A DNA stretch of 64,000 nt, from assembly GCA_038206295.1 (NCBI GenBank), contig JBBRAZ010000014.1:6771-70770 (forward strand), in the 5' to 3' direction. Numbering within the stretch: the stretch's first letter is position 1; each line of letters opens with the position of its first letter. The DNA comes from Acidimicrobiales bacterium. Lineage in GTDB: Bacteria; Actinomycetota; Acidimicrobiia; Acidimicrobiales; JBBRAZ01. Positions 28,519 to 38,259 of the stretch are shown here, in pieces. The translations under genes were made by a program, and so were the position numbers. Under the pieces are notes generated by a model. The model was not told the DNA's origin and did not search any database. It saw nothing but the letters and a program-made list of their open reading frames with translations.

Positions 28519-28992
28519 ATGGGGATCGTGCTGGTGGTGGTCGGGTTGGTCGTGGTGGCGGCGGTGGTGGCCCTCGTGGTCATCAACCCGAAGATGGAGC
28601 AGCGTCGCGTGGCATCGGTCGACTCGACGCGCGCCGCGCTCGGCGGCGCCGCGGCGATCGCGACTGATGACGGCGCCAGCTGCTACGGCGTCGAGGTCGC
28701 CGACGGCAAGCCGCGCCACTACGGGCAGGGTGCCGCAGCGCTGAGCGCGGATGCGTTCGCCTTCACCGCCGTGGTGTCCGGTGACACCGTCGTCGTCCCC
28801 CGCACCGCGATCACCTCGGTCGAGGTCGAGACGTCGCACATCATCAAGAGCGCGACCACCCTCGTGCTCAAGATCGTCTGGGATGACCCGACCGAGGGCG
28901 AGTGCTCTGGTCGGTGGAAGCTCGCCGACCTCGAGACCTGGGTCACGGCCCTCGGCGGGACGATGGCCACCGCCGACGACGCGGAGGGATGA
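28519..28992 (+). CDS. Hypothetical membrane-anchored protein (possible PH-like beta domain)
   Basis: N-terminal TM helix, beta-rich body ending W..AL; ATGA overlap with the next gene. Confidence 0.7.
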   Translation: MGIVLVVVGLVVVAAVVALVVINPKMEQRRVASVDSTRAALGGAAAIATDDGASCYGVEVADGKPRHYGQGAAALSADAFAFTAVVSGDTVVVPRTAITSVEVETSHIIKSATTLVLKIVWDDPTEGECSGRWKLADLETWVTALGGTMATADDAEG

Positions 28993-29849
28993 GCCCCAGG
29001 GTCCTGCTCGCCACAGCGGCGCAGCTCCCTGCCGGCGACCTCGAAACCCCCCGCATCGTCGATGCGCTCGCCGGGCTCGGCATCGATGCGGCAATCGAAT
29101 CCTGGAGCGATCCGGACGTCGGTTGGGCGAGGGCCGACGCGGTGATCGTGCGCTCGACCTGGGACTACACCGAGCACCTCGACGACTTCCTCTGCTGGGC
29201 CGACGCAGTCGCTCCGGCCGCGTCGCTGTGGAACCCCGCACGCGTGCTGCGCTGGAACGCCCACAAGCGCTACCTGGTCGAGCTGGCCGCGTCCGGCCTG
29301 TCGGTGGTGCCGACGACCTTGCTGGCCGCCGGAGAGGACCAGGCGGCGATCGAGGCCGCGCTGCAGGCCGCTGGGCCGGGACTCGTCGTCGTCAAGCCCG
29401 CGGTTGACGCCGGAGCCCGGGGCGCCCGGTGCGGTGCTGCGGGCGACCCCACCCTCGCCGCGCACGCGGCGGCGCTGGTCGCGGCAGGCGACGTCCTGGT
29501 GCAGCCGCACATGGCGCAGATCGCAGAGGAGGGTGAGCTCAGCGTGGTGGTGCTGCGCGGCGTTCCGCTGCTGGCGCGCCGCAAGCTCCCTGCCGACGGC
29601 GACTTCCGGGTGCACGAGCACCACGGGGGTCGAACGGTGGCCGTCCCGCTCGATGACGAGCTGGTGGCCTTCGCAGAGGCGGCGCTGGCGCTCGTCGACG
29701 AACCGCTCCTGTACGCCCGCGTGGATGCGGTCCGCCACGAGGGCTCGCTCCACCTGATGGAGCTCGAGCTCATCGAGCCGCTCCTCTACCTCGACACCGA
29801 TGACGAGGTCCACGCGGCAGCCACGGCCATCGCCAGCGTGCTCGGCTGA
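28989..29849 (+). CDS. ATP-grasp ligase (RimK/glutathione synthetase-like)
   Basis: RSTWDY, WNAHKRYL, VVKP, LVQP, EGELS, YARVD, LMELELIEP.L. Confidence 0.88.
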   Translation: MSPRVLLATAAQLPAGDLETPRIVDALAGLGIDAAIESWSDPDVGWARADAVIVRSTWDYTEHLDDFLCWADAVAPAASLWNPARVLRWNAHKRYLVELAASGLSVVPTTLLAAGEDQAAIEAALQAAGPGLVVVKPAVDAGARGARCGAAGDPTLAAHAAALVAAGDVLVQPHMAQIAEEGELSVVVLRGVPLLARRKLPADGDFRVHEHHGGRTVAVPLDDELVAFAEAALALVDEPLLYARVDAVRHEGSLHLMELELIEPLLYLDTDDEVHAAATAIASVLG

Positions 29850-29861
29850 TCGCCGAGGAGA

Positions 29862-30800
29862 TCAGGTGCGACGGCGCACCGACCATCGCGGGTCGTGTCG
29901 CACCTCGCGGATGATCACGTGGACGTACTGCCCGAGGATCCCGAGGCTGAGCAGGATCGTCCCGCCGAGGAACAGCGTGGCGAACGTGGCCGACAGCCAG
30001 CCTGGCGGCGTGTCTGCCCCCGAAAGCCACCGGCCGATGAACACGGCCATCCCGATCAGTGACAGGAACGCCGTCGTGAACCCCACGGTCGACATCACGC
30101 GAAGCGGGAACGTCGAGCCGTGGATGACGTTGGTCATCACCGTCATGATGCCTCGACCGAACGAGAACCCGGTGCTGCCGAACGCACGCTGATCGTGACG
30201 GACCTCGACCTGTGCGAGGCGACCTCCGGTGGAGCGCACCAGGGGACCGAGCACCGGTTGCCGGGTCTCGTGTTCGATGATGCCGTCGATGAGCGGTCGA
30301 CGCATCAAGCGGAACGTCGTGTGACGCCAGTCAGGCGGCGTGCCGTGGGCGATGCGATCAGCGCGCGCGTGCACCCACGACCCGAAGCGCCGGGCGAGCT
30401 GGTCGTGGTCGCGTGGCCAGTTGCCGACCACCCCATCGAGGTCGGGGTCCGCCTCGAGGGCGTCGACCAGCACGAGGAGCTGGTCGGGGGGTTGCTCGAG
30501 GTCGTCGTCCATGGTCGCCACGAGCTCGCCGCAAGCATGGCTGAGACCGCACATCGTCGCCATCGCTTGGCCGTGGTTGTGCAGCAGGTCGATGCCGACG
30601 ACGCAGGGATCCTCCTGCGCGAGCTGGGAGATCACCGCCCAGGTGTCGTCGGGGGAGTGATCGTTGACGAGGATGACCTCGTACCGAAGGCCTCGAGACC
30701 TGAGGGCCTCTCCGAGCCCTCGGACGAGGAGCGGGAGGGAGTCGCGGCCTCGATACGTGGGCACCACGACGCTGAGGTCGATGTGCTCCTCGTCATGCAC
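29862..30800 (-). CDS. GT2 glycosyltransferase (ArnC/GtrB-type, polyprenyl-phosphate)
   Basis: LSVVVPTY, VNDHSPD, NHGQ, MDDDLEQPP, two C-terminal TMs, LGILGQY. Confidence 0.88.
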   Translation of the reverse strand: MHDEEHIDLSVVVPTYRGRDSLPLLVRGLGEALRSRGLRYEVILVNDHSPDDTWAVISQLAQEDPCVVGIDLLHNHGQAMATMCGLSHACGELVATMDDDLEQPPDQLLVLVDALEADPDLDGVVGNWPRDHDQLARRFGSWVHARADRIAHGTPPDWRHTTFRLMRRPLIDGIIEHETRQPVLGPLVRSTGGRLAQVEVRHDQRAFGSTGFSFGRGIMTVMTNVIHGSTFPLRVMSTVGFTTAFLSLIGMAVFIGRWLSGADTPPGWLSATFATLFLGGTILLSLGILGQYVHVIIREVRHDPRWSVRRRT

Positions 30801-31512
30801 CTGGATCGCTCCACTCCTCGACCGGTACCGCTCGTCCGCAGCCTGCGAGCAGCGCTCCCGCCTCGGGACCGACGTTCGCCAGCAGATCGACGACGGAGAG
30901 GTAGGGCACGAACTCGCCGTGGATCTGCGGATAGGTGGGGTGGTCGAAGGCCAGGTACTCGAGCTGGACGCCTGCCTCGGCGAAGGAGGGCTCGTCGAGG
31001 TACGAGCGCGCTGCCGGCCCCGAGAGGTAGCTCGTGGCTCCGAGCTCGCGGCAGTACGCGAGGACGCGCTCGTGACCGCTGCCGGGCAGCGCCCACTCCG
31101 AGGATCTGCGGAGCTCTGCATCCACCCCGAGAAGCCCGCACAGCACGGTGAACGTCTCGATGTTGAGATCGACCAGCTTCTCCCACGGCTTCTCGTACAG
31201 CGGTCCGAGCGCGTCGAGCAGCCACCGTCCGTGCGGTGCCTTCGCGTACGCCTGCTCCAGCGTGCGCCGATGCCGCTCGGCCCAGTCGCGATCGTCTGCG
31301 ATGCGCGCCTCGTCGATGCGCTGCCCCTGGTTGCGCTGCACCGGCACCGAGAGCCACACCGGGCCGTTCGCGGTCTTGACCTGGTTGCGATGCTGCCAGT
31401 TCTGCTTGACGAACTGGACGTCGTCGTAGAAGACGAACGTGTCGGCGAGCCGGACCTGTTCGAACACGCCGCAGTAGGGCAGGTAGAAGGGCTGCAAGAT
31501 GACCAGGCGCAT
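30793..31512 (-). CDS. WbqC family protein
   Basis: ILQPFYLPY, YDDVQF....WQHRN, WLSVPV, YLSGP.ARSY, YPQ.HGEF.PYLSVVD. Confidence 0.92.
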   Translation of the reverse strand: MRLVILQPFYLPYCGVFEQVRLADTFVFYDDVQFVKQNWQHRNQVKTANGPVWLSVPVQRNQGQRIDEARIADDRDWAERHRRTLEQAYAKAPHGRWLLDALGPLYEKPWEKLVDLNIETFTVLCGLLGVDAELRRSSEWALPGSGHERVLAYCRELGATSYLSGPAARSYLDEPSFAEAGVQLEYLAFDHPTYPQIHGEFVPYLSVVDLLANVGPEAGALLAGCGRAVPVEEWSDPGA

Positions 31513-31608
31513 GGTTCTGTGCGGTTCCCCTCGTAGAGGCGGCGAGGACCGGCGGCTTCCGCCGGCCACGCCATCCGATCCAGCGACGGGCAGTAGGGTG
31601 CCGCGTCG

Positions 31609-32736
31609 ATGGACGTCGTGGTCACGGGAGCATACCGGTCGGGCACCACCCTGCTGGATCGGCTGCTCCACGAGCACCCGGCTGCATCTGTGGTGCCGCA
31701 GCCCATGCCGTACTTGTGGATCGCGGCCAAGCGGCGGTTCCTCGCCTCCATCGGGCACGACGATCCGTACCCCTTCGGGCACCTGTTCCTCGAAGATCGC
31801 TACCGACCAGAGGAGCTGGCGTCCTTCCTCGATGCGCAGCTGCTCACCGATGGCGACGTCGCTGGCCTGATCGACTCGATGCGCAGCTACAGCGGGGTGA
31901 TGACGCCCGAGGTGTTCGACGTCGCCTCGGATCTGCAGGGTGGCACGCTGCTGGAGATCCACCACCAGGCGGTGTCCTTGCTCGCCGAGCGACTCGGGCG
32001 CCACGGTGCACGGGTCGTCGGATCGAAGGAGATCCTGCTCGAAGAGCTCGCGCCCTGGTTGAGCGGCTGCGGCGTCGCCGTCATCGTCGTGCTGCGCGAT
32101 CCCCGGGGGATGCTCGCCTCGCTCGTCGGCGGCGACCAGTGGACGGGGAGGTTGCGTCCGACCTTGCTCGCGCTCCGAACGTGGCGCAAGAGCGCTGCGT
32201 ACGCGCTCGCGCTCGCCGGCGACCCGAGCGTGGCGGTGGTGCGGTACGAGGATCTCCTGGGACCTGGTGCCGTCGTCCCGCCCCGCGTGTGGTCGACGCT
32301 GGGACTCGAGTCACCGACGTCGAGCGCCGCAGCCCCGGAGGGCTGGGACGGCAACACGTCCTACGCGACGCCCCCGGCGAGCGCTGCGCAGGCTGCGGAG
32401 CGGGCTGCCGAGGTGCTCGGATCCGAGGTCGCCGCGTACGTCGAGGCCGTGTGCTGGCCCGAGCTTCGGGCGCTGGGCTACCCGGTGCGCAGCGACGCGC
32501 CCGACCGCGCGTCGCTGGCCACCTTCGAGGAGATCTGGTCGATCGACCACGGCGCTGTCCCCGCGGACTACTCCATGCAGCCGATCGAGCGTGAGCACGA
32601 GCTGGAGCGACTCGACGTGCTGAGCGCGGGCACCGACGACCCCGACGAGCGTCGTCGTTGGTTCATCGACGCAGCTGCCTACGTGGAGCTGCGCGCCGCG
32701 CTGCTCGATCACCCACCTGCGGACCGTGGAGCGTGA
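31609..32736 (+). CDS. Sulfotransferase family protein
   Basis: 5'-PSB GAYRSGTTLL..LL..HP, RDPR...AS, VRYEDL. Confidence 0.85.
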   Translation: MDVVVTGAYRSGTTLLDRLLHEHPAASVVPQPMPYLWIAAKRRFLASIGHDDPYPFGHLFLEDRYRPEELASFLDAQLLTDGDVAGLIDSMRSYSGVMTPEVFDVASDLQGGTLLEIHHQAVSLLAERLGRHGARVVGSKEILLEELAPWLSGCGVAVIVVLRDPRGMLASLVGGDQWTGRLRPTLLALRTWRKSAAYALALAGDPSVAVVRYEDLLGPGAVVPPRVWSTLGLESPTSSAAAPEGWDGNTSYATPPASAAQAAERAAEVLGSEVAAYVEAVCWPELRALGYPVRSDAPDRASLATFEEIWSIDHGAVPADYSMQPIEREHELERLDVLSAGTDDPDERRRWFIDAAAYVELRAALLDHPPADRGA

Positions 32737-33605
32737 GCGGCGAGCTCGACCACCGGGTCGTGGTCGTCACCGGCGCCAACAGCGGCATCGGCCGCGCTGC
32801 CGCGCTGGAGCTCGCGAGGCGGGGAGCGACCGTTGCGCTGGCCACCCGCGACCCCGGCCGGGGTCGCGCCGCGACCGACGAGGTGCGGCTGCTGTCGGGC
32901 AACGATGCGGTCCACGACCTGCGCCTCGACCTCGGCGATCTCGCGTCGGTGGCGCGGTGCGCGGCGGAGGTGAGGGACCGCTACGGCCGACTCGACGTGC
33001 TGGTGAACAACGCCGGTGCGATCCTGAGCCACCGGCAGGTGACAGCCGACGGCTTCGAGGCGACGTTCGGCGTCAACCACCTCGGCCACTTCCACCTCAC
33101 GGCGCTGCTCACCGACCTGCTCGTCGCCTCCGCGCCGGCGCGCGTGGTCAACGTCTCATCGGTGGCGCACCGCTTCGCCGTCGGGGGCATGCCGTTCGCC
33201 GATCTCCAGGCGTCGCGGCGCTACGTGTCGTGGCTCGTCTACGGCCGCTCCAAGCTGGCCAACCTGCTGCACGCCGCGGAGCTCGCCCGTCGGTTGGACG
33301 GCACTGGCGTCACCGCCAACGCGTGCCACCCCGGCGCCATCCGCTCCGGCTTCGGCGCGGCCGAGGACACCGCCGGAATGGATCGCCTGCTGATGGCCGC
33401 TGGCGGCCCGTTCCTGCGCTCGCCGGAGCGCGGCGCGCGCGTCGTGGTGCACCTCGCCGCAGCGCCGGAGGTGGCCGGGATAACCGGCGGGTACTGGGTC
33501 GGTCACCGCCGCCACCGCGCGAGCGGTCGCGCCCGCTCGGCATCCCAGGCGGCCCGGCTCTGGTCGGCGAGCGAAGAGCTCATCGCCGAAGCGATCACCC
33601 CGTAG
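32733..33605 (+). CDS. SDR oxidoreductase (retinol dehydrogenase-like)
   Basis: TGANSGIG, NNAG, VNHLGHF, YGRSK. Confidence 0.92.
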   Translation: MSGELDHRVVVVTGANSGIGRAAALELARRGATVALATRDPGRGRAATDEVRLLSGNDAVHDLRLDLGDLASVARCAAEVRDRYGRLDVLVNNAGAILSHRQVTADGFEATFGVNHLGHFHLTALLTDLLVASAPARVVNVSSVAHRFAVGGMPFADLQASRRYVSWLVYGRSKLANLLHAAELARRLDGTGVTANACHPGAIRSGFGAAEDTAGMDRLLMAAGGPFLRSPERGARVVVHLAAAPEVAGITGGYWVGHRRHRASGRARSASQAARLWSASEELIAEAITP

Positions 33606-33672
33606 CCCGCCTGCGACCCGTTCCAGGTCGCGGCGGCCCGGACCGGTCAGGTTGCGGCCACCCCGATCGCGG

Positions 33673-34494
33673 TCAGGAGCGGCCGATGAGGGCGAGCATC
33701 GACGGCGGGACGCCCTCGTCTCCTGCGGCCAGCATCGCGGCCCGCTCGACGTTGATGGCGTCGAAGCGTCGCTCGGCCCACCGATCCCACGGTCCGCTGC
33801 CGATCCCGGCGGGATCGCCGTCAGCGGCGACGCACGCGCGGAGGTACGCCTGGAGCTCGCGCACCTGCTCGTCGCCGCCGATCGGTCCGGTGCCGGGCAC
33901 GATGATGACCGCCAGCTCCACGATCCGGTCGAGCGCGTCCGCCCACGCTGCGGGGTCGCCGTCATAGCACAGCGGCGTCACCCCGAAGCTGGCCATCGCA
34001 CCGGCGAAGCACACGTTGGCGGCGGGCACCTGCACCACGAGGTTCTCGAGCTGCGCGCCGCCGGTCGGCACAGCGATGGCCGATGCCGACACCCACGCCG
34101 GCTCCGCCACGATGTGCGAGATCGTGCGTGTGGCCAGCTCGGTGAGCTCGTCTGCCCATGGCGGGAACAGCGCTCGGGCGGCGTCCAGGTTCAGGACCTG
34201 GTCGAGGTGCGCGCTGGTCTGCGCGCTGCCGTAGCGACCCGCGATGGGGAACCGAGTCGTGCCGCCGACCTGCTCGAGGTGGCTCGAGGTGAGCACGCAG
34301 CGAGCAACACGTGGGGTGAGGGCCTCGACCGCGTCACCGAACGGGCCCCACTGCGACGGAGCCAGCAGCGTGTCGACCACCGTGGCGCCGTCCTCGTCGA
34401 GGACCAGACCGGCGTTGGTGGCACCGTGGCGGTCGCCAGCGCCGAGCCAGGCGAAGACTCCCTCGCCGAGCTGCACGAGGGGATCGGGGGGCAC
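33673..34494 (-). CDS. Metallo-beta-lactamase-fold protein with degenerate metal site
   Basis: NAGLV, VVDTL, TSSHLEQVGG (cf. THxHxDH), VPGTGP (cf. PGHGP); TACGCT 7 nt before GTG. Confidence 0.75.
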   Translation of the reverse strand: MPPDPLVQLGEGVFAWLGAGDRHGATNAGLVLDEDGATVVDTLLAPSQWGPFGDAVEALTPRVARCVLTSSHLEQVGGTTRFPIAGRYGSAQTSAHLDQVLNLDAARALFPPWADELTELATRTISHIVAEPAWVSASAIAVPTGGAQLENLVVQVPAANVCFAGAMASFGVTPLCYDGDPAAWADALDRIVELAVIIVPGTGPIGGDEQVRELQAYLRACVAADGDPAGIGSGPWDRWAERRFDAINVERAAMLAAGDEGVPPSMLALIGRS

Positions 34495-34567
34495 GGCGTC
34501 GAGCGTACCGCTCGATCCCGCACCGCCGACCGGGCCTGCGGCACCGGCCGCGCGCGACACTGCGCCC

Positions 34568-35659
34568 ATGTCCACGATCTTCTTCACCGGGTTCCCCGGA
34601 TTCCTCGGCAGCAAGCTGGTGCCTCACGTCCTGCGGCGCGACCCCGACGCCAGGGTCGCCGCCCTGGTCCAGCCGAAGTTCGCCGACCTCGCGCGGCAGC
34701 GCATCGACGAGCTCGTCGCCGACGACGCGAGCCTGGCCGACCGCATCGAGCTGGTCGAGGGCGATCTGACCGCACCCGATCTCGGCATCGTGGATCGCGC
34801 TGCGCTCGCGGCTCGCACCACGGAGATCTACCACCTCGCCGCCGTCTACGACCTCGGAGTCGCCCGTGACGTCGGGATGCGCATCAACGTCGACGGCACG
34901 CGCAACCTGCTCCGCTTCGCCGAGGAGTGCGGCGACCTGGCCCGACACCACTACGTGTCGACCTGCTACGTGAGCGGCCGGCACTGCGGTCCGTTCACGG
35001 AGGACGACCTCGACGTCGGGCAGCGGTTCAACAACTTCTACGAGGAGACCAAGTACCTCGCCGAGGTCGACGTGGCCAAGGCCCGCGACGCCGGCATGCC
35101 GACGACCATCTACCGACCCTCCATCGTCGTGGGCGACTCTCGCACCGGCGCGACGCAGAAGTACGACGGCCCCTACTTCCTCCTGCAGTGGCTGCTGCGC
35201 CAGTCCAAGGCGCTGAGCTTCATGCCCGTGGTCGGCGACCCGTCGATGGTGCGCCTCAACGTCGTGCCGAGCGACTACGTGGTGGACGGCATCGCCGCGC
35301 TGTCGGGGATGGCCGAGAGCGTCGGGCGCACCTACCAGCTGGCGGATCCGGCGCCGCTCACCGTGGATGAGATGCTCGACGTCATCGCCCGCAGCATCGG
35401 CCACCGCGTCGTGCGCGTGCCGCTCAACGCCAAGGTGGCGACGTGGGCGATCGACCACCTCCCTGGCGTCGGCGATCTCATGCAGATGCCATCGGAGGCC
35501 GTCGAGTACTTCGTGCACCCGACGCACTACGACACGACCAACGCCGTGCGGGACTTGGCCGGCTCCGATGTGGTGTGCCCGCCGTTCGGGGCCTACCTGC
35601 CGACGCTGCTCGACTTCATGCGCAGCCACCAGGGCATCGGCTCCGCCGCCATGATCTGA
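34568..35659 (+). CDS. Extended SDR / NAD-binding 4 (male-sterility/thioester reductase-like)
   Basis: TGFPGFLG, HLAA.YD, NV.GT, VSTCYVSG, YEETK..AE, RPSIVVG. Confidence 0.88.
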   Translation: MSTIFFTGFPGFLGSKLVPHVLRRDPDARVAALVQPKFADLARQRIDELVADDASLADRIELVEGDLTAPDLGIVDRAALAARTTEIYHLAAVYDLGVARDVGMRINVDGTRNLLRFAEECGDLARHHYVSTCYVSGRHCGPFTEDDLDVGQRFNNFYEETKYLAEVDVAKARDAGMPTTIYRPSIVVGDSRTGATQKYDGPYFLLQWLLRQSKALSFMPVVGDPSMVRLNVVPSDYVVDGIAALSGMAESVGRTYQLADPAPLTVDEMLDVIARSIGHRVVRVPLNAKVATWAIDHLPGVGDLMQMPSEAVEYFVHPTHYDTTNAVRDLAGSDVVCPPFGAYLPTLLDFMRSHQGIGSAAMI

Positions 35660-35758
35660 CGCCCCGCCCGTTCTGGGTGCGTTGCGGGTACTCCCAGTCT
35701 CAGAACCCTGCCCAGTTCGTCGTGAGTGGGACGGATGGCGCTCCAGCTGCAGCCGGTG

Positions 35759-36532
35759 TCAGAGGGTGGTGACGAAGCCGCCATCGACGGGGATCACCGC
35801 ACCGGTGACGTACGCGCCGGCCCGAGATGCGAGGTAGATGGCGACGCCGGCCATGTCGTCGGGTCGCCCGATCCGCTTCATCGGGCACTGGCTCGCGATG
35901 GCATCGCCGAACATCTCCAGCGTCGCCTCCATCATCTTGGACTCGAACGGTCCCGGGGCGACGGCGTTCACGGTGATCTCCGGGGCGAGACGCTTCGCCA
36001 GGCGCGTGGAGAGCGCGTGCACCGCCGCCTTGGAGGTGGAGTACGAGTAGGTCTCCAGGTCCGGTGCGTGCAGGCCGTCGACCGAGCCGATGTTGATGAC
36101 CCGGCTGGGGTCGTGCTCGCCCGCACCAGCGCGCAGCAGCGGGGTGCACGACCTCGTCAGGTAGAAGATGGCCTTCACGTTGAGGTCGAGGACCTTGTCC
36201 CACGCCGCGGCGGGGAACGTGTCGTAGGACTCGCCCCAGTTCGCGCCGGCGTTGTTCACGAGGATGTCGAGGTGGTCCTCGCGCGCTGCGAGGCGCGCGG
36301 CGAGGTCCAGGCACGCCGCCTCGGTGGCGAGGTCGGCGGGCAGGGCGATGCACTCGCCGATCTTCGACAGCTCGGCGGCGACCTCCTCGCACACGTCGGC
36401 CTTGCGCGAAGAGATGTAGACCTTCGCGCCGGCCTGCACGAAACCGGTCGCGATCATCAGCCCGATGCCGCGGCTGCCGCCGGTCACCAGCGCGGTCTTG
36501 CCCTCGAGCGAGAACAGCTCCTCGACGCCCAT
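35759..36532 (-). CDS. SDR oxidoreductase (RhlG/FabG-like)
   Basis: TGGSRGIG, NNAGA.WG, YSTSK, NAVAPGPFESKM. Confidence 0.92.
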   Translation of the reverse strand: MGVEELFSLEGKTALVTGGSRGIGLMIATGFVQAGAKVYISSRKADVCEEVAAELSKIGECIALPADLATEAACLDLAARLAAREDHLDILVNNAGANWGESYDTFPAAAWDKVLDLNVKAIFYLTRSCTPLLRAGAGEHDPSRVINIGSVDGLHAPDLETYSYSTSKAAVHALSTRLAKRLAPEITVNAVAPGPFESKMMEATLEMFGDAIASQCPMKRIGRPDDMAGVAIYLASRAGAYVTGAVIPVDGGFVTTL

Positions 36533-36658
36533 GTGGTCCCCTTCGATCGTCGGTCTCGGGAGGCTAGCGCCGCCCCCGCGACGCGCACGTCGGCGCGTGG
36601 CTCCTCGATGGGCCAGACTGTCGCCCGTGCGAGGGGGCAGCGCCGGGGGAGCGACGAC

Positions 36659-38257
36659 GTGAGCGTGCTGGGCACGCGCGTCGATCCGCGCGACGAGGGC
36701 CACCAGGCCAACCGCGCGCTCATGGAGCAGATGCTCGACGAGGTGCGCGCCGAGCAGGCGAAGGTGCTCGAGGGCGGCGGCGAGAAGTACGTCCAGCGCC
36801 ACCGCGACCGGGGCCGCCTCCTGGCTCGCGACCGCGTGCAGCTCCTGCTGGATCCCGGCAGCCCGTTCCTCGAGCTGGCAGCCCTCGCGGGGTGGGGCGG
36901 CGACGATCCCGTCGGTGGCGGCAGCGTGCAGGGCATCGGCGTGGTCGAGGGGACAGAGTGCTTCATCGGAGCGAACGACCCCACGGTGCGCGGGGGTTCG
37001 AGCAGCCCCGTGTCGATCGTGAAGTCGCTGCGAGGCCAGGAGATCGCCCGCGCCAACCGCCTGCCGAGCATCAGCCTGACCGAATCCGGCGGAGCCGACC
37101 TGCCCAAGCAGGCCGACATCTTCGTGCCCGGCGGCGAGACGTTCCGCAACATCAGTCGCCTCGGGGCCGAGGGGATCCCGACGCTGTCGATCGTGTTCGG
37201 GTCCTCCACCGCAGGCGGCGCCTACGTGCCGGGGATGAGCGAGCACACGATCTTCGTCCGCAACCAGGCTCGCGCGTACCTCGGCGGACCCCCGCTGGTG
37301 AAGATGGCCATCGACGAGGACGCTGACGAGGAGGAGCTCGGTGGCGCCGACATGCACGCGCGCCGCAGCGGTCTCGCCGATCACCTCGCCGTCGACGAGA
37401 TGGATGCGCTGCGCCTCGGCCGCCAGGTGATCCGCGACCTGCGCTGGACGAAGGCCGGTCCAGGCCCCGTCACCCGCGACCCCGATCCGCCGCTGCACGA
37501 CCCCGACGAGCTGCTCGGCATCGCGTCGGCCGACATCAAGACGCCGTTCGAGTCGCGCGAGGTGATCGCCCGCATCGTCGACGGGTCGCGCTTCGACGAC
37601 TTCAAGCCCCTCTACGGAACCCAGCTCGTCTGCGGCTGGGCCGAGATCTGCGGCTTCCCGGTCGGCATCCTGGCCAACGACGGGATCCTGTTCTCCGAGG
37701 AGTCGCAGAAGGGCGCGCAGTTCATACAGCTCGCCAACCGCAGCGACACCCCGCTCGTGTTCCTCCAGAACATCACCGGCTTCATGGTGGGGACGCGCTA
37801 CGAGCAGGGCGGCATCATCAAGCACGGCTCGCAGCTCATCAACGCGGTGTCGAACTCCGCGGTCCCGCACCTCACGGTGATGATGGGAGCGAGCTACGGC
37901 GCCGGCAACTACGGCATGTCGGGGCGCGGCTACGACCCGCGATTCATCTTCACCTGGCCCAACCACCGCATCGCCGTGATGGGCCCCAAGCAGCTCGCCG
38001 GCGTCATCTCCATCGTCCAGCGCCAGGCAGCGGCGCGCGCCGGGCGCGACTACGACGAAGAGGGCGACGCTGCAATGCGCTCGATGATCGAGGCGCAGAT
38101 CGAAGCCGAGTCCACCGCACTGTTCGCAACCGGCCGCCAATGGGATGACGGCATCATCGATCCGCGCGACACCCGCACGGTGCTCGGCCTCGCGCTCTCG
38201 GCCACCCACAGCGCGCCTGTGCAGGGCAGCACCACCTTCGGGACCTGGCGGCTGTAG
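36659..38257 (+). CDS. Acyl-CoA carboxylase carboxyltransferase subunit (MCC/geranyl-CoA type)
   Basis: ESGGADLP.Q, TAGGAYVP, FLQNITGFMVG, GAGNYGM.GR, DDGIIDPRDTR. Confidence 0.93.
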   Translation: MSVLGTRVDPRDEGHQANRALMEQMLDEVRAEQAKVLEGGGEKYVQRHRDRGRLLARDRVQLLLDPGSPFLELAALAGWGGDDPVGGGSVQGIGVVEGTECFIGANDPTVRGGSSSPVSIVKSLRGQEIARANRLPSISLTESGGADLPKQADIFVPGGETFRNISRLGAEGIPTLSIVFGSSTAGGAYVPGMSEHTIFVRNQARAYLGGPPLVKMAIDEDADEEELGGADMHARRSGLADHLAVDEMDALRLGRQVIRDLRWTKAGPGPVTRDPDPPLHDPDELLGIASADIKTPFESREVIARIVDGSRFDDFKPLYGTQLVCGWAEICGFPVGILANDGILFSEESQKGAQFIQLANRSDTPLVFLQNITGFMVGTRYEQGGIIKHGSQLINAVSNSAVPHLTVMMGASYGAGNYGMSGRGYDPRFIFTWPNHRIAVMGPKQLAGVISIVQRQAAARAGRDYDEEGDAAMRSMIEAQIEAESTALFATGRQWDDGIIDPRDTRTVLGLALSATHSAPVQGSTTFGTWRL

Positions 38258-38259
38258 GC

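Noticed and set aside
35759-38209. Apparent fusions in the ORF track (816-aa SDR; also 577-aa MsrB, 857-aa sulfotransferase, 629-aa GT2)
   Set aside because: The N-terminal extensions are stop-free shadows of neighbouring genes; true starts lie downstream.
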